Source of the DNA: Daphnia carinata
Taxonomy: Eukaryota
Reading direction: 5' to 3'
Length of the DNA: 64,000 nt
Assembly (NCBI RefSeq): GCF_022539665.2
Contig: NC_081332.1
Span: forward strand, 2,604,001-2,668,000
Part shown: piece after piece, positions 40,511 through 53,400 of the stretch
Layout: each line of letters begins with the position of its first letter
How positions within the stretch are numbered: position 1 is the first letter of the stretch
Translations under genes and position numbers: made by a program
Notes under the pieces: model-generated
What the model was told of the DNA's origin: nothing
What the model saw: the letters and a program-made list of their open reading frames with translations, nothing else
Databases searched by the model: none

Positions 40511-41767
40511 CACTGCACAATATCTTCCTTAGAAGACCTTAAGAAAAAATTCCATAGAGGACAAGAAGAATTTGGTGGCAAAGTATGACCCAGGAGTTTT
40601 CTAAAGAAAATTGTTATGGAAGACAAAAGACATATAGATATATTTTTTTCTTTAATGCTTCACTGCTTTCTAGCTTGGCTTTAAAGTGGAGCCCAAACGA
40701 ATATCCTGGTTAGAATTCCAAACGTTGCAGCAACAGATTACGACCACGCTCACACCACATTTACAATCTTGCTCTTTCGTCCTCCATTACCGCCATTACT
40801 GTATGCTTTCGTTTGCGTAGCGCGTAAACCATCTAGCGGATGAAGTAATATACATTCGTAGCGTTCTGTAGGTCACATTCGGTAGTTAATAAGATCCCTG
40901 ATTTTGTCATTCGATTCGAATTTACGGCAAACGGGAAAAATACGATATCGAGAAACATTTAAATCGAATGTTTATAACTAAGGGCATAATCTATTTGTAG
41001 ACAACCTAAGAATGCAGTTGCCAAAGATGAGCAGCCATACAATGGCCGCACTTTGCACTCTGATGGTTGGCAGAAGCAATGCGGCACTGGCAGTTTCGAT
41101 GGCGACCATGAAGTCATTAAGATGCTACGTTTATACGAAAAACAACCTTAATTGGCATGTGAAAAATCGTTAAATCTAGATGGATCTAGATCATAATAAT
41201 AAAATATTCTTACATAATTAAACCAATTAAGACAGTTAGCAATTCAAACCAGCTGTAACAACTTACAGTGGTGGCTATCCCACCAGATCCTACTGCTAAG
41301 TAATCACGGGTTTGTAATCAGTCTCACTTACCAGTTGAAATGGGATGTTCGCGGCAAGCAAAGTTACTTGAATTGGAAAATTAAGACCATTGGTTCTTTT
41401 TTGAACTGTGCGGTAAATACAACAAAACAGAAATTGTACTGTATATGGCACACTAAAACTGATGATCAAGCAGACGACAATTATTCTATGAGAGCGGGAA
41501 TCAGCAGCATGAATCGATAGTTTTACATAAATGCAAGTGCCATCAAACCGAAATAAACAAAATTTTTTGATCTCTACTCGTTTAAGAACGTTTAACAATT
41601 CAGAATTATTTTCAGTGATCTTGTTTATTCACTTTAACAACCAATGACCATAACATCGCGTAAAACTCATAGAAACAAATATATGTGAAGCCACAGTTGC
41701 AAAACAAACAATAACATACATTTGAAAATTCTAATACTTGAAAAAAAAAAGAGCTAAAGCTTCGCTG

Positions 41768-44234
41768 TTAGCCATTAATCGAAGACTGGGGTGGATTTCT
41801 CCGGTCGACCAAGCAAGATTGCATTGCTATGTCTTCTAACGTAGGCTGACCAAAAAATTGGTTGATTTCTTCCAATGTTTTACCTCTAGTTTCTGGCAAA
41901 CAAAATGCAACAAACAAAACAGCTGTCAGGCAACAAGCTGCATAGAGACCGTAAACACTGCCTAGCCCCATAGTCGCTGCCATATCAGGAAAAGTTCGTA
42001 CTACTATGAATGTGCAGCTTAGACCGAATGATGCAGATATTGTACCCAATCGATGACGGTATTCCAGTGGAAACAGTTCGCCCATTATTAGCTGAGGTAC
42101 AGCGCCGAAACCGATAGAGTATGCAATGATGAAAGACATAAGGCAAAGTAAAGGGAGCCAGCCCAATTCCGAGATCGCAAACGACCCTGATGAGTTACTT
42201 TCGTCGACGACATTTAACTCTTCCCAGGCGTTTTTCAGATAAACAAAGGTACTTAATCCAATGAGTGAAATTGCCATAAAAGTTCCCGAAATCATCAGTA
42301 ACAATCGACGTCCAGATCGGTCCACCTAAAAACAAAATTTACATGGACAAATATGACGTGAGGAACAAAAGCTTCGGCAAACCTTTGGCTAACTTACCAG
42401 TAATGCTGAGATCATTGTGAAAACTAATTGCACAATGCCAATCATAATGCTGGACATAAATCGGTCCACGCTACTACCAGCCTCCTGAAAAATGCTGGCC
42501 GAGTAAAAGACAACGGCGTTAATGCCACTAAATTGTTGGAAGAACATTAGCGCCATTGAGATGAACAGCGGCTTCATCAAATGGCTGCTTGTCAGTATTT
42601 TGGCGTAGCTCACGTCTGACATTTGTGAGTTATCATTGGTTTTCATGCGTTGCAATTCCGGTTCAACGTCAGTATATCTGAAATTTGTCGTACATACCAA
42701 AATAAAATTAGGAAATAAATAAAAAAGGAAATTAGATTGGAAGAATCCGATGGACTCAATCTAAGTGGACGACCGACTTTCCACGTAGTTTCTGAAGCGC
42801 GACCTCGGCCTGTGGTTCCTGGTTGTGGGCAAGAAGCCAGGAGGGTGTCTCCGGCATGAAAAACTTTCAATCAAGCAGGGAAAGAAATCACAGGTCACCA
42901 TTGATTACATGTTAGAATATATGAGATTTATGTCTTATGAGGGAAACTGAAAACACTTTGAAAGGTAATGGTAAATTTTACCATGGCTAGACCCAAGACG
43001 ATTGGCAGTGATCCGATTAGGAAACAGAGAGTTTGCCACTCGACAAAGGCTCCAACGATGTAGGCGATCACTATGCCCAATGAAAGAAATGTGGCCGTAA
43101 AAGAACCCAGAGCTCCTCTTATCCTCGGAGAGGAGCATTCGCTCACCTGTAATAAGTCAGTGGATAAAGAACCATTGTATCAAAGTTGGGAAAAAGCATA
43201 AACTGGGGACTTTACATAAATCTGCGAAGTAGGTGATGAGGCTCCAGTTAACAAGCCAGTGATAATACGACCAACGAAAAGAAGCGATGTCGATTTCAGG
43301 TAATAGGACAATCCCATAAGGTAAAATCCCATTATGTACGGTATTGAGATGGTGGCAAGTGTCATCCGACGACCATATAATTCCATAGGAAATGCAATCA
43401 GCAGGCTTCCAAAAATCGCGCATAGCGGTGGTAATGAAGCTGTTGAGAAACAAAAGACAAATATGAATATTGAAGACAATGATTGCTAAATGCCTGAATA
43501 TAGGATATTTAGAATGTTTAGATTTAGGGTACACTGGAGTTCCAATGTTTGTCATTACTTATCCAAGCGGCTTCTTCTTGTTCGAGGTACAATGTTTCAT
43601 TATTTTGTACCGTCAGTTGAGGGATAGCTGACGAGCTCCTATCACCACGTTAAAGGCAAACAAGTTTGTAAAAGAAAATAAGATAAGATAAAATAAATCA
43701 AATTCTAAATGCTTTAGTTTACCATCCGCGAACGAGACCTGTACAAAGCATGGCCCACGATGCTGATATCGCACAAACAATCTGAATTTCAAAGACAATA
43801 CAAGAGGAAAACAATTACATACAAAAGACAGAAAATTCCAGCTACTTTCTACATTTTCCCCCCATTTATTAAATCGTAGATTTCTTTGCCTTTCAGACTT
43901 TCTCGAATTATTGTTCACCCCTTTGTGCCTCTCGCCCACCACAATGAAAATATTTCAATTATTTACTTAGAATTTAGCACTCTGTCTCTTCAAGCGGGGA
44001 ACATTCACGTGTAGAGCTAATTTGCCTAGGGAAGAGGAAGCACTGAAAAAAACAAGCTTATCTAAAATCTATTAGAACTTAAACATCAGGGTGCCTAGCG
44101 CGGAAATATGGTGTAATAGATAGAGGGGATAAAAAACAAATTTAAGACACGGCTTACTGTTTTGACGCGTAACTTACTTGAGGAGCCACTTTTTGCCAAT
44201 TCTTGAATGGCGGTAAATTCTTACGGGTCTTCAT
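41768..44234 (-). CDS. Facilitated trehalose transporter Tret1-like (MFS sugar porter), copy 1
   Basis: GLVRGWSSSAIPQL, YGRR, YVSECSSPRIRGALG, MPETPSWL, FQQFSGINAV, DRSGRR, GFGAVPQLIMGELFP, LPETRGKTLEEI. Confidence 0.92.
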
Positions 44235-46126
44235 AACTATCTCCAATGTAATTTCCTTCCCGATTGCAGATGGCAATAGTACTGTAGAGCAACGTCTTGC
44301 AGTACTTCTTGCAGTCGGAGTCAAATCGTGAATGGTTTTTCAGCCATCAGTGAACGGTGGTTTTTATCAACTCCGCTCTTGCATCGTTAACGTGAAGCTA
44401 ATCATTTCCAAACCTTCTCCAAGAGCAACTGCACTTTGCCCGCGTTTTTACTTTTCCTCTTCAAAGGTTGCATAAAGCCTTCATTTTTTAATACAGGACA
44501 GTGTATCACAGCCACTTCGAGAATACTGCGTAAATTGTGCAATCTTATCGAGGGACGCTGTGGCGTATCATGGTTTGAGTCAATAGTAATAATAAAGAGA
44601 ATAAACCCTCAAAGTGGTTTACTATTCTGTAGCTAAAGGAATCACAGTACCTCTTCTTTCCCTGCAAGAAACTGCAGTCTACTTGCTTTTTCGACTTTGT
44701 GCTCTCACAGTTTGCATCAGGCGTGCATCCTTGAAAATCGACCATGATTACGCAAGCAACTCATTCTGTACTTTGCGAATTCGAACCCAATTTTATTGAC
44801 AGTTGCTTCGACGTGTCATCCTTATATGTTAAAAGCAACTGTAAGAACATACTTTAAGGTTAGAAGAAGAATTCATGCACCATAGGACTAGTTACCAGAT
44901 GATAAATCCTTTAAAGTAAGGGCAGTTTGTAAATGTAAGGGCATTCTGCTTGTTCATCCAATTTCGACATCCATCCAAAACTAGTGCACACATGATATCC
45001 CTCTAGAAAATGAAAATAAGGATGTCTGTAACAAAGTACAAGGTGTTATTTAAGAAAAACTTGGTACAGTCTTGCAATTTCATAACAGAAGTTAATAGGT
45101 GAAAGTTGTATAGCCAATTGTTACGCTAACTTAATGGCTGTAAAATTCAGCTTGATATACTAGTATTCAAAATACTAAATTGGTCTATTATAAACAATAC
45201 TAACACAAAATGTGTAGATGTTGGCTTTCCAGAAATATTTTTCTCCATCCTGTTCAGACTATACAACACTATTACAATCGAGCCTATATTTCTGGTAGGG
45301 GAAGAATAGTAATAGATATGTAACTTTCAAATATAGTAAAAATGATACATATATGCAAATTAAAGGAACATAGTATTTACCAGCCAGTAACAACTAACAA
45401 TATTGATGTTAGAAGCACATAACAAGGCTCTGACATGAAGCAATTCTATGAGTGCCATTATAGGCTCAGGCATAGAACTCTATGTCCATGTTGCGAATAG
45501 CTCGTTATTACGGTTCATTCCAATGATAAACAGTTTCTTTAATATATCTGCGATTGCCTTAACATGAGCAGGGACATGACACGCGAATAACGGTTCACGT
45601 ATCACCACGTGTTGAAAACCACTACAACTGTAATAATGCAGCCGATGGATATGAACGTTCCGCGCAACGTATAACCTCATAGGTTCCATTTTACAAGAAT
45701 CACCCTAACATTAACATAATTTTTTTAGATTTCCAATTACCTTAAACGCGTTTTAATCCAAGCTGTATCCATCACTAAATCCAAAGTCGTTTTATTTGTT
45801 ATTTGCAAGTGAAAATGGTAGTCAACGGGAGGATTGAACATGAACGGTTGAACCTGTAGAACTCGGAAGAAAAGTGTTCGGTTACTTCAGTCTTCAATGG
45901 TAGCGATTGTCTCGTGTTCTTCTTTCCAACAAAACAGAATATACAACATCTATTTAAAAATCTAACAAGTATTTTCCAATCTGCTAAATAACACAGAAAT
46001 AGTCGATTGACTATGACAAGGCGCTTACGTATGTGTTTTGTAAATGTGAAAAGAAGTTTACGAAAACACCACACGTTGTAATTAATAGTGAGCTAATAGG
46101 CGAAAACAAAAATGGTTAATTTTTTT

Positions 46127-48621
46127 CTAATTTGGTTGGGTAGGCACATTACTTTTTGGCATTGGCTTACTAAGAAGGGCATGAGGATCCCCTTTGGGTT
46201 TAATTAGAATGAACGGGCAAGAAGTTATTTCTTTGGCTGTTGCCTGACCAAAGAATTGGCTGATTTCTTCCAATGTTTTACCTTTAGTTTCTGGTAGAAA
46301 AAATGCAACAAATACGACAGCCATCAGACAACAAGCTGCATAAAGACCGTAAACACCACCTAGCCCCATGGTGGCGGCCATCTCAGGAAAAGCTCGTACT
46401 ACTATGAAAGTGCAGCACAGACTGAACGATGCAGAGATGGTACCCAATCGATGACGGTATTCCAGCGGAAATAGTTCGCCCATTATTAACTGAGGTACAG
46501 CGCCGAAACCGATAGAGTATGCAATGATGAAAGACATGAGGCACAGCAAAGGGAGCCAGCCCAATTCCTCAAATACAGATGACTCTGCCACGGTGCTTTC
46601 GTCGACAATAGATAACTCTTCCCAGGCGCTTTTCAGATAAAGAAAGGCACTCAATCCACTTAGCGAGACTGCCATACAAACTCCGGAGATTATCAGTAAT
46701 ATACGACGTCCAATACGGTCCACCTACGGAAAATAAGACGAAAAATCTTAAGTTTTAGTGGTGCCACAGAAAAGATGGTAACGGCAAGACCTACCAAAAA
46801 AACAGACATCATCGTGAAAACCATTTGCACAACACCGATTACTATGCTGGCTGAAAAACGATCCAAGGTACTGCCTGCTTCCTGGAAAACGCTTGCAGAG
46901 TAAAAGACAATGGCGTTTATACCACTGAATTGTTGGAAGAACATGAGCGCTAATGAAATCAGTAGTGGCTTTATTAAATGGCCGCTGGTCAGTATTTTGG
47001 AATAGCTGGCATTGGGTAATTGCGAGTCGACATTGGTTTTGATGCGCTGGAATTCCGACTCGATATTTGTATACCTGAAAACAACATCAGGGATTGAAAA
47101 TGAGAATCATTTAAGGTTAAGTGGTAATATGTTCAGATGGTTCATTTACGTTATGTAAGCAAAAAGGAACGTCAACGTAAGTAAAGGACTTACTTGCCAC
47201 GAAGTTGCTGAAGTGCGTCCTTGGCCTGAGATTCACGATTATGAGAAACGAGCCAGGAAGGTGTTTCCGGCATCATAAGCTATGACAGGTGTTGAAACAA
47301 ATAGAACAAGGTCAAAAAAAGATGAGCATGAATACAAACTAAAGGCTTATCGCATCCGCTGTCAATGCAACATAACACTTCAACGGCCAAATTATGTTTG
47401 GTTTACCATTGCTAGGCCCAAGACAATTGGCAGGGATCCAATGACGAAACACATAATTTGCCATTCGACAAGCGCTCCGACAATGTAGGCGATTAAGATA
47501 CCAAACGAAATAAAAGTCGATGTAAAGGAGCCCAAGGCTCCTCGCACCCTTGGCGAAGAGCATTCGCTCACCTATAATTAACAAATAAACGCTTGTTTAT
47601 CTCTTATGAAGGAAACGCAGATTTAGTGAAATTCAGTTACGTAAATCTGAGATGTGGGTGATGATGCTCCGGTTATCAAGCCAGTGATGACACGACCAAC
47701 GAAGAGAACTGCGGCCGAATGGAGGTAATAAGATAATCCCATAAGGTAAAACCCAAGGACGTAAGGTATTGAGAGGCTGGCCAATGTCATCCGACGACCA
47801 TATAATTCCATAGGAAATGCAATCAGCAAGCTCCCAAAAATGGCGCACAGTGGTGGCAATGATGCTACGAAAAATTTCCAGATTTTTTTCAATTAAAATA
47901 ATATGAAATAATCAAAGAGGGGAATTATATATCAATACTTAGCCAAGCAGCCTCATTTTGTTCGAGATACAGCGTTTCATTATTTGGTGACGTCAGCTGC
48001 GGGATAGCTGATGAACTCCTGTAATTGCGTTACACCAACAAACACCAGTTTGTAAATGAACACGACAAAAAGTGAAACAATGAAAGTAGAAAGTTGTATT
48101 GTTATAAATTACCATCCGCGAACGAGTCCGGTACTTAACATGGCCCATGAAGCTGATGTCGCACAAATAATCTGAATCACGAAAGGGATAAAAGAAGAGA
48201 AAACGTCACCGTTTATGGACATAAGGTCAATAACTTTGTACTTTCTTTCCATTGAAAACGAATTCTCCACGTTTTCAGACCCACGTTTCTTTTCTCTTTT
48301 CATTTTTTCTCGGGTTTCCGAACACACCCCACGTTTTCATCGCATTTTAAATAGGGCCGGTTGCCCAATTCAACCGATAAAGGATCTAAAGCAACTACTG
48401 TTCGACAGGATATTTAGTTTAGTTATTGTCGCACTTTCTATGCGTAATGCTTCTATTGAAAACCAACATAGATTTCACAGAAGAATAGCTAATTTTGGGA
48501 AACACGGCTAAATTTGTCTATTGCTTATTGGATTAAAAATACCGAAAATTCTTACCTGTGGAGCTACTTTCGGCCAGTTCTTGAATGGTGGTATGTTTTT
48601 CCTAGTTTTCGTGGTAGCCAT
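46127..48621 (-). CDS. Facilitated trehalose transporter Tret1-like (MFS sugar porter), copy 2
   Basis: Same motifs and exon structure as copy 1; starts MATTKTRKNIPPFKNWPKVAPQ; LPETKGKTLEEI. Confidence 0.92.
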
Positions 48622-49818
48622 GGTAAATAAAAGATGAGATACTCACAGGAGCACAACTATTGGAGTGTTGTCGAGGCCTGAAGACAAAGAAATGATGCTT
48701 GAAAAATCGTTGACGGTTTCCTTTTATCACCTCTGACGATTCGTGTATGAGAGTAACATGACCCTAATGATTCCATTCTTTCGCCCTGAGCGGTAAAAGC
48801 AAGTACTGTGGATTTTCTCCTTTCTCTTTGCCGTCTTCTCCCGAACCGGCATATTAGTCTTTGAAAAACTCTTATGGCCGCCTGAGCCAGTAATGGACTA
48901 GTTATGTAAAATCGAAAAGTTGCCTGGCGAAAATTTACATTAGCTTTCAAGGATAAACGAAACCTTACATTTACGCATTCACCTTGAATAGATAGGCCGT
49001 CTTGATGAACAATTTTCGTGGATGGTTGTTCTCCTTTCCAACCAGGGTATACATCTTTTACATATGTGGTCTTTTTTCTTTTTTCCTTGAACAAATTTAA
49101 AAAAAAGTCATTGGAAAAACAGAAATTTCTTGGCCATTTCTTGATTATGTAACATTGGAGAGTTGTTACTAAAAAAGGTTTTAATTATTATTCCTTTAAA
49201 CTTATTTTTTTATTGTTTTTTTTTTTTAGATTTGCATTGGAGTTCGGTCAGGTTATCGCGTTCTTTTGACCAGGAAAGTCATCAAAAGTTAAGCAAACTA
49301 AATTATTCCTTAAGAAGCTGGGCCACTATTATTAAACATCATACCTGTTTGTATAAGATACGAAGTAAATTACCTTTTCATGGAAGCACGTATTGCCGCA
49401 GTCCTATCGTGCCCAACCACGTTTTTCAGAATGGCGCCAAGGTATAGGATATCTCCCATACCTTGGTGGAGCTACCGATAAAACTTTCATATTCTCTATC
49501 GACTACTACACAGAATGTCCAGAATTTTCTCAGATAAAGAAATGTAAAGCTACATTAACAACTTTAATTGTTCGACAAAATATGCGTTGTCCCTGTACTG
49601 AGTTTCTTCCACGATCTTTACTAAATTATCTAATGCACCACAAAGATGGTTGCATTGAGTAGTTTCGAAAACTGTCGTGTTGAGAATCTCTGCACCCTGC
49701 CCATTACTTGGGCAGACAGCGATAGCAGTATCTTAGTATGATTCTAGATGGCAGTGCCAAACTAGTTCCTTTTAAGAATTCTCTGGCAACGTCGTACAAG
49801 GATCAAAAGTAAACAACG

Positions 49819-50406
49819 ATGGCGACTGACTCTCACTCAAATTTGTTATCTCACAACACAAACCTTGTCGATGACTTTGAAGAAGCATTCCAGGTAAACT
49901 CTTTTTCAGTAGATTAGAAAAAAGCCTGTAGCTTTGTAATAAGTCAATTCAACGTAGGGTATCATCAGCGGTTTCACCAAGGAAGATGGCTTATCGCACA
50001 CTCAGGATAATAAAGAAGAATTACGTACAGATGCCGAACAGAACGTTGCGAAGTTCATTGAAGTAGCCAAGCAACTGGAAACATTTTTCCTTCAAAGGCG
50101 CATGCAGATATCTGTTCTGAAACCAGAACAGCTTGTCAAAGAGGTATAATCAACTGTCACCATTTTGCCAAATTATGCTGAATCAAGCTTATCCGTTGGC
50201 AGGATTGCACAGAACTCAAACAGGAGTTGGCCAGGAAAGATGAACTTATCAAAAAGCATCATGAAAAAATTTCAATATGGTTAAATATGTTGGGTGAGCC
50301 ACAACCGGGACCTGTGGCTGCTAGTGCAACTCCCATCCTCAGTGAAGGAGCACCTGCTCCTCAACAGCAGCAACCTGGCAATACAATGCCATTTCAACAT
50401 AGATAG
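49819..50406 (+). CDS. MED28: Mediator of RNA polymerase II transcription subunit 28
   Basis: Three exons missed by the ORF track: NLVDDFEEAFQ|..KFIEVAKQLETFFLQRR..KPEQLVKE|DCTELKQELARKDELIKKH..W. Confidence 0.9.
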
Positions 50407-50467
50407 CATTACAAGCTGTAAAGAAAAATTCTCATGTTTATTTCCTGAATGCTGTACTGAAGTGAAT

Positions 50468-53400
50468 TTAAAACATCTTTTGGAAATCCTCGCTCTGACT
50501 AATGCGGCTTAGAACTTCAATTAACGTACGCGTCGGTCTTCCTGTCATTCCTAAAGGATCCAATAGATTTATTTTTCTTGTCAAGAAATAAATATTCTTT
50601 TTCCCAATTCATACCTTTAGCCAAGTAAGGCACATCAGAGCCGTCGACAACTCCCACCAACACCTGCGATATCAAGATGCATCCAGTGAGGTGCATCAGT
50701 GAATTCCTGTTCGGCCGAAAATAAATGTACGTTTTTCATATAAATTCACGGAAAAAGTAATGAATCGAGAGAGTTACCTTAAGGAAAGCTGCGGCACTGC
50801 ATGAACCTCCAGCTCCAGTTTTGCCGACGTTATTTAAATCCGCGAGCTGTGATTCTAGTGTTATAATGAAAACCTTCAGCCTCTTCGACGATTAGCTTTA
50901 CCCATGAAATTGAAGAAAGTTTTACCTAGTGCGGCTTGAAAGTGCTTCCACAAAGGCATTCGCCATACCCTATCGCCTGTGATGAAAGCAGACTGATGAA
51001 CCAGGTGCCATAAGGCGTTAGAGTTGGTGAAAACTCCAGCTGCTGAGCTGCCAAGAGCAACATTGATTGCACCTAAACATGCCAACAAAAGAAATAGATC
51101 TTGTCAATAAAAGGATGTAACGTATACCAACGGCACCTGTCAGCGTGGCAACATCCAATACGAGATTGGGCTGATACTGTTGAGCATACGCGAGGGCATC
51201 GGCCAGAATAAGTCGACCTTCTGCATCCGTATTATCGATTTGGATCGTTTTGCCATTCATGGCTTTCACGACATCGCCAGGTTTGATGGCCTTGCCACCC
51301 GGCATATTTTCAGTCAATGGAATTAACCCTATACATTTTGAATTTCAAGGTACTGTTAAACAACTGATAAACTAATTCGTAATGATATGGCGGACCTTTG
51401 ATGTACAGAGGTAGATTGAGCTTAGCAGCTGTCAAAATTGTGGCAAGGGTGCAGGCAGCCCCACCCATATCTCCACGCATTTTATCCATGTTGGCTGCTG
51501 GTTTGATGCTAATACCACCTGTATCGAAGGTGACTCCTTTGCCTGCCGAAATTAAAGAGAAGGTTGACTGATGAGACTTTGAAGTAATGATGTAATTACC
51601 AACAATGACGATCGGCTTCTCTTTGCCTGGCAAATTATTGTAGGTGATTTCGAGAAAGACAGGTGGCTCTCTGGAACCTTGGGCGACAGCTAAAAAAGAA
51701 TTCATTCCTTGATTGGAAGCCCATGCTTCATCGTGAGCTTCTACATTAATTGCTACTCCGTTGCCTCCTGCACGACTAAGCAAATCGACTGCATGACGGG
51801 CAAAAATGGTAGGTGTCATATGATTCGATGGCATTTCCATCAACCATCTGGCTAAATTCTGCCCAGCAGCTTTTGTCAAACCAGTCTCCCACTTGGCTTC
51901 TCTTTAGTAAAAATAATAAATAGAAACAATTCTCAACGAAACAAAGTTATGGAATCTAACCCGATTTCATCACTGCCGTGCAAAATTACTTCAATATCGG
52001 GTTTGCGTTTAGCGGCGCCTTTCAAATCTTGAAACTGCCAGCGAGTCAGCGAGGCACTTTCGGCGGCGCACTCGGCGTCACCACACGGATCAACGGACAC
52101 AACATCCACGCCAACATCACGCAGAGCTTTTAAACCAGCTGCAGACATTAATTCAATGATTACACGAAAATCCAAGAAAATATAAATAAATAAAGCAAAT
52201 GCCTGCAATGCCGCATCTTAGATTTTCTCTGGCCGTATCTCTTTCTTCCAAAACATTATCTTTTTGAAAAATAGCTGCATGGTTTGAAGGATTCGGGCCC
52301 AAATTGACGACGGCTACAGCTGGAAATTCACGATCGAGTCCGTACAGCACTCTGGCTTTGCCCTTCTTTGGCACTCCGCTCCTGCATCGGGATGGAACAG
52401 AGGAAAAGGATAAGGAAATCAAAGTTGGTGAATACAAAAAAAAAAATTTAACATCTAATGAGTCACAAGAAAAAAGTCAGAACTGTATTGTAACATGAAA
52501 ATGCTTGATCAATAGGAGGCACAATACGGGAATCACTTTTTGGCAGAACACATACACAAGTCACAGCTCACTATGTAAAATGGACAAATGAAAACAAGTC
52601 GTGGCGATCGATCGATGACGGAATTTCACGAAAAAAAAATTGATCCTAAACCAGTTCGAGAATCTTGATCGTTCCCTGGCTGTTGGCAGCGACAATGACA
52701 TTCGAGTCGGGTTTCCAGCACACGGCCGAAACAAACTCAGCACTTTCCTCTTGTTCGGCGCGTTCTTTATCGACCAGTAAAGCACTTTTAACCACGTCGA
52801 AACGATAGTGAAGTAAAGGCTGGCTCAAACCCTTTGAGTAAAGATAAAGGGCATTGTTTTCCGAACCGCAAGCAATTAAATCACGTCGATCGTCTTTGCT
52901 GCCGTCCGTTGTTGACAGGCCAACAAAATTCTTCTCATTCGTATGTCCGCGGAATGAACGATATGAGACGTTGTCGTCCACTGACCACAGTTTCAGTTGG
53001 CTGTCCGTGCTGGCCGACACCAGTTCTCGGTCGCTGAGGAACTTGACATACGACACGGCCTTGCGGTGGCCTTTAAACACCCGAAGCGGTTCCTTGGGTT
53101 GCCGCAAATCCACGTAGTGGACGCAATGATCCGCCGCGCCGTACGCCAGGCAGTAGCGCGAGTAAGGATTGAATTTGACGCAGCAAACGTTGGCTTTAGC
53201 CTCCAAAGTCGCCACTGAATGTTCCGCATTGAGACTCCAGATCTTGACCCGAGAATCGTCGCTGCCGCTGGCCATCAGGTGACTGTCCATCCGATTGAAA
53301 TCGACGCTCCAGCATCGTTTCTCGTGCTCTTGAAAGACGCGAAGGCGAGTGCCGACGGAAGCGTCCCAGACCGAGACGCTGCCTTCGTAGTCGGAGCTGC

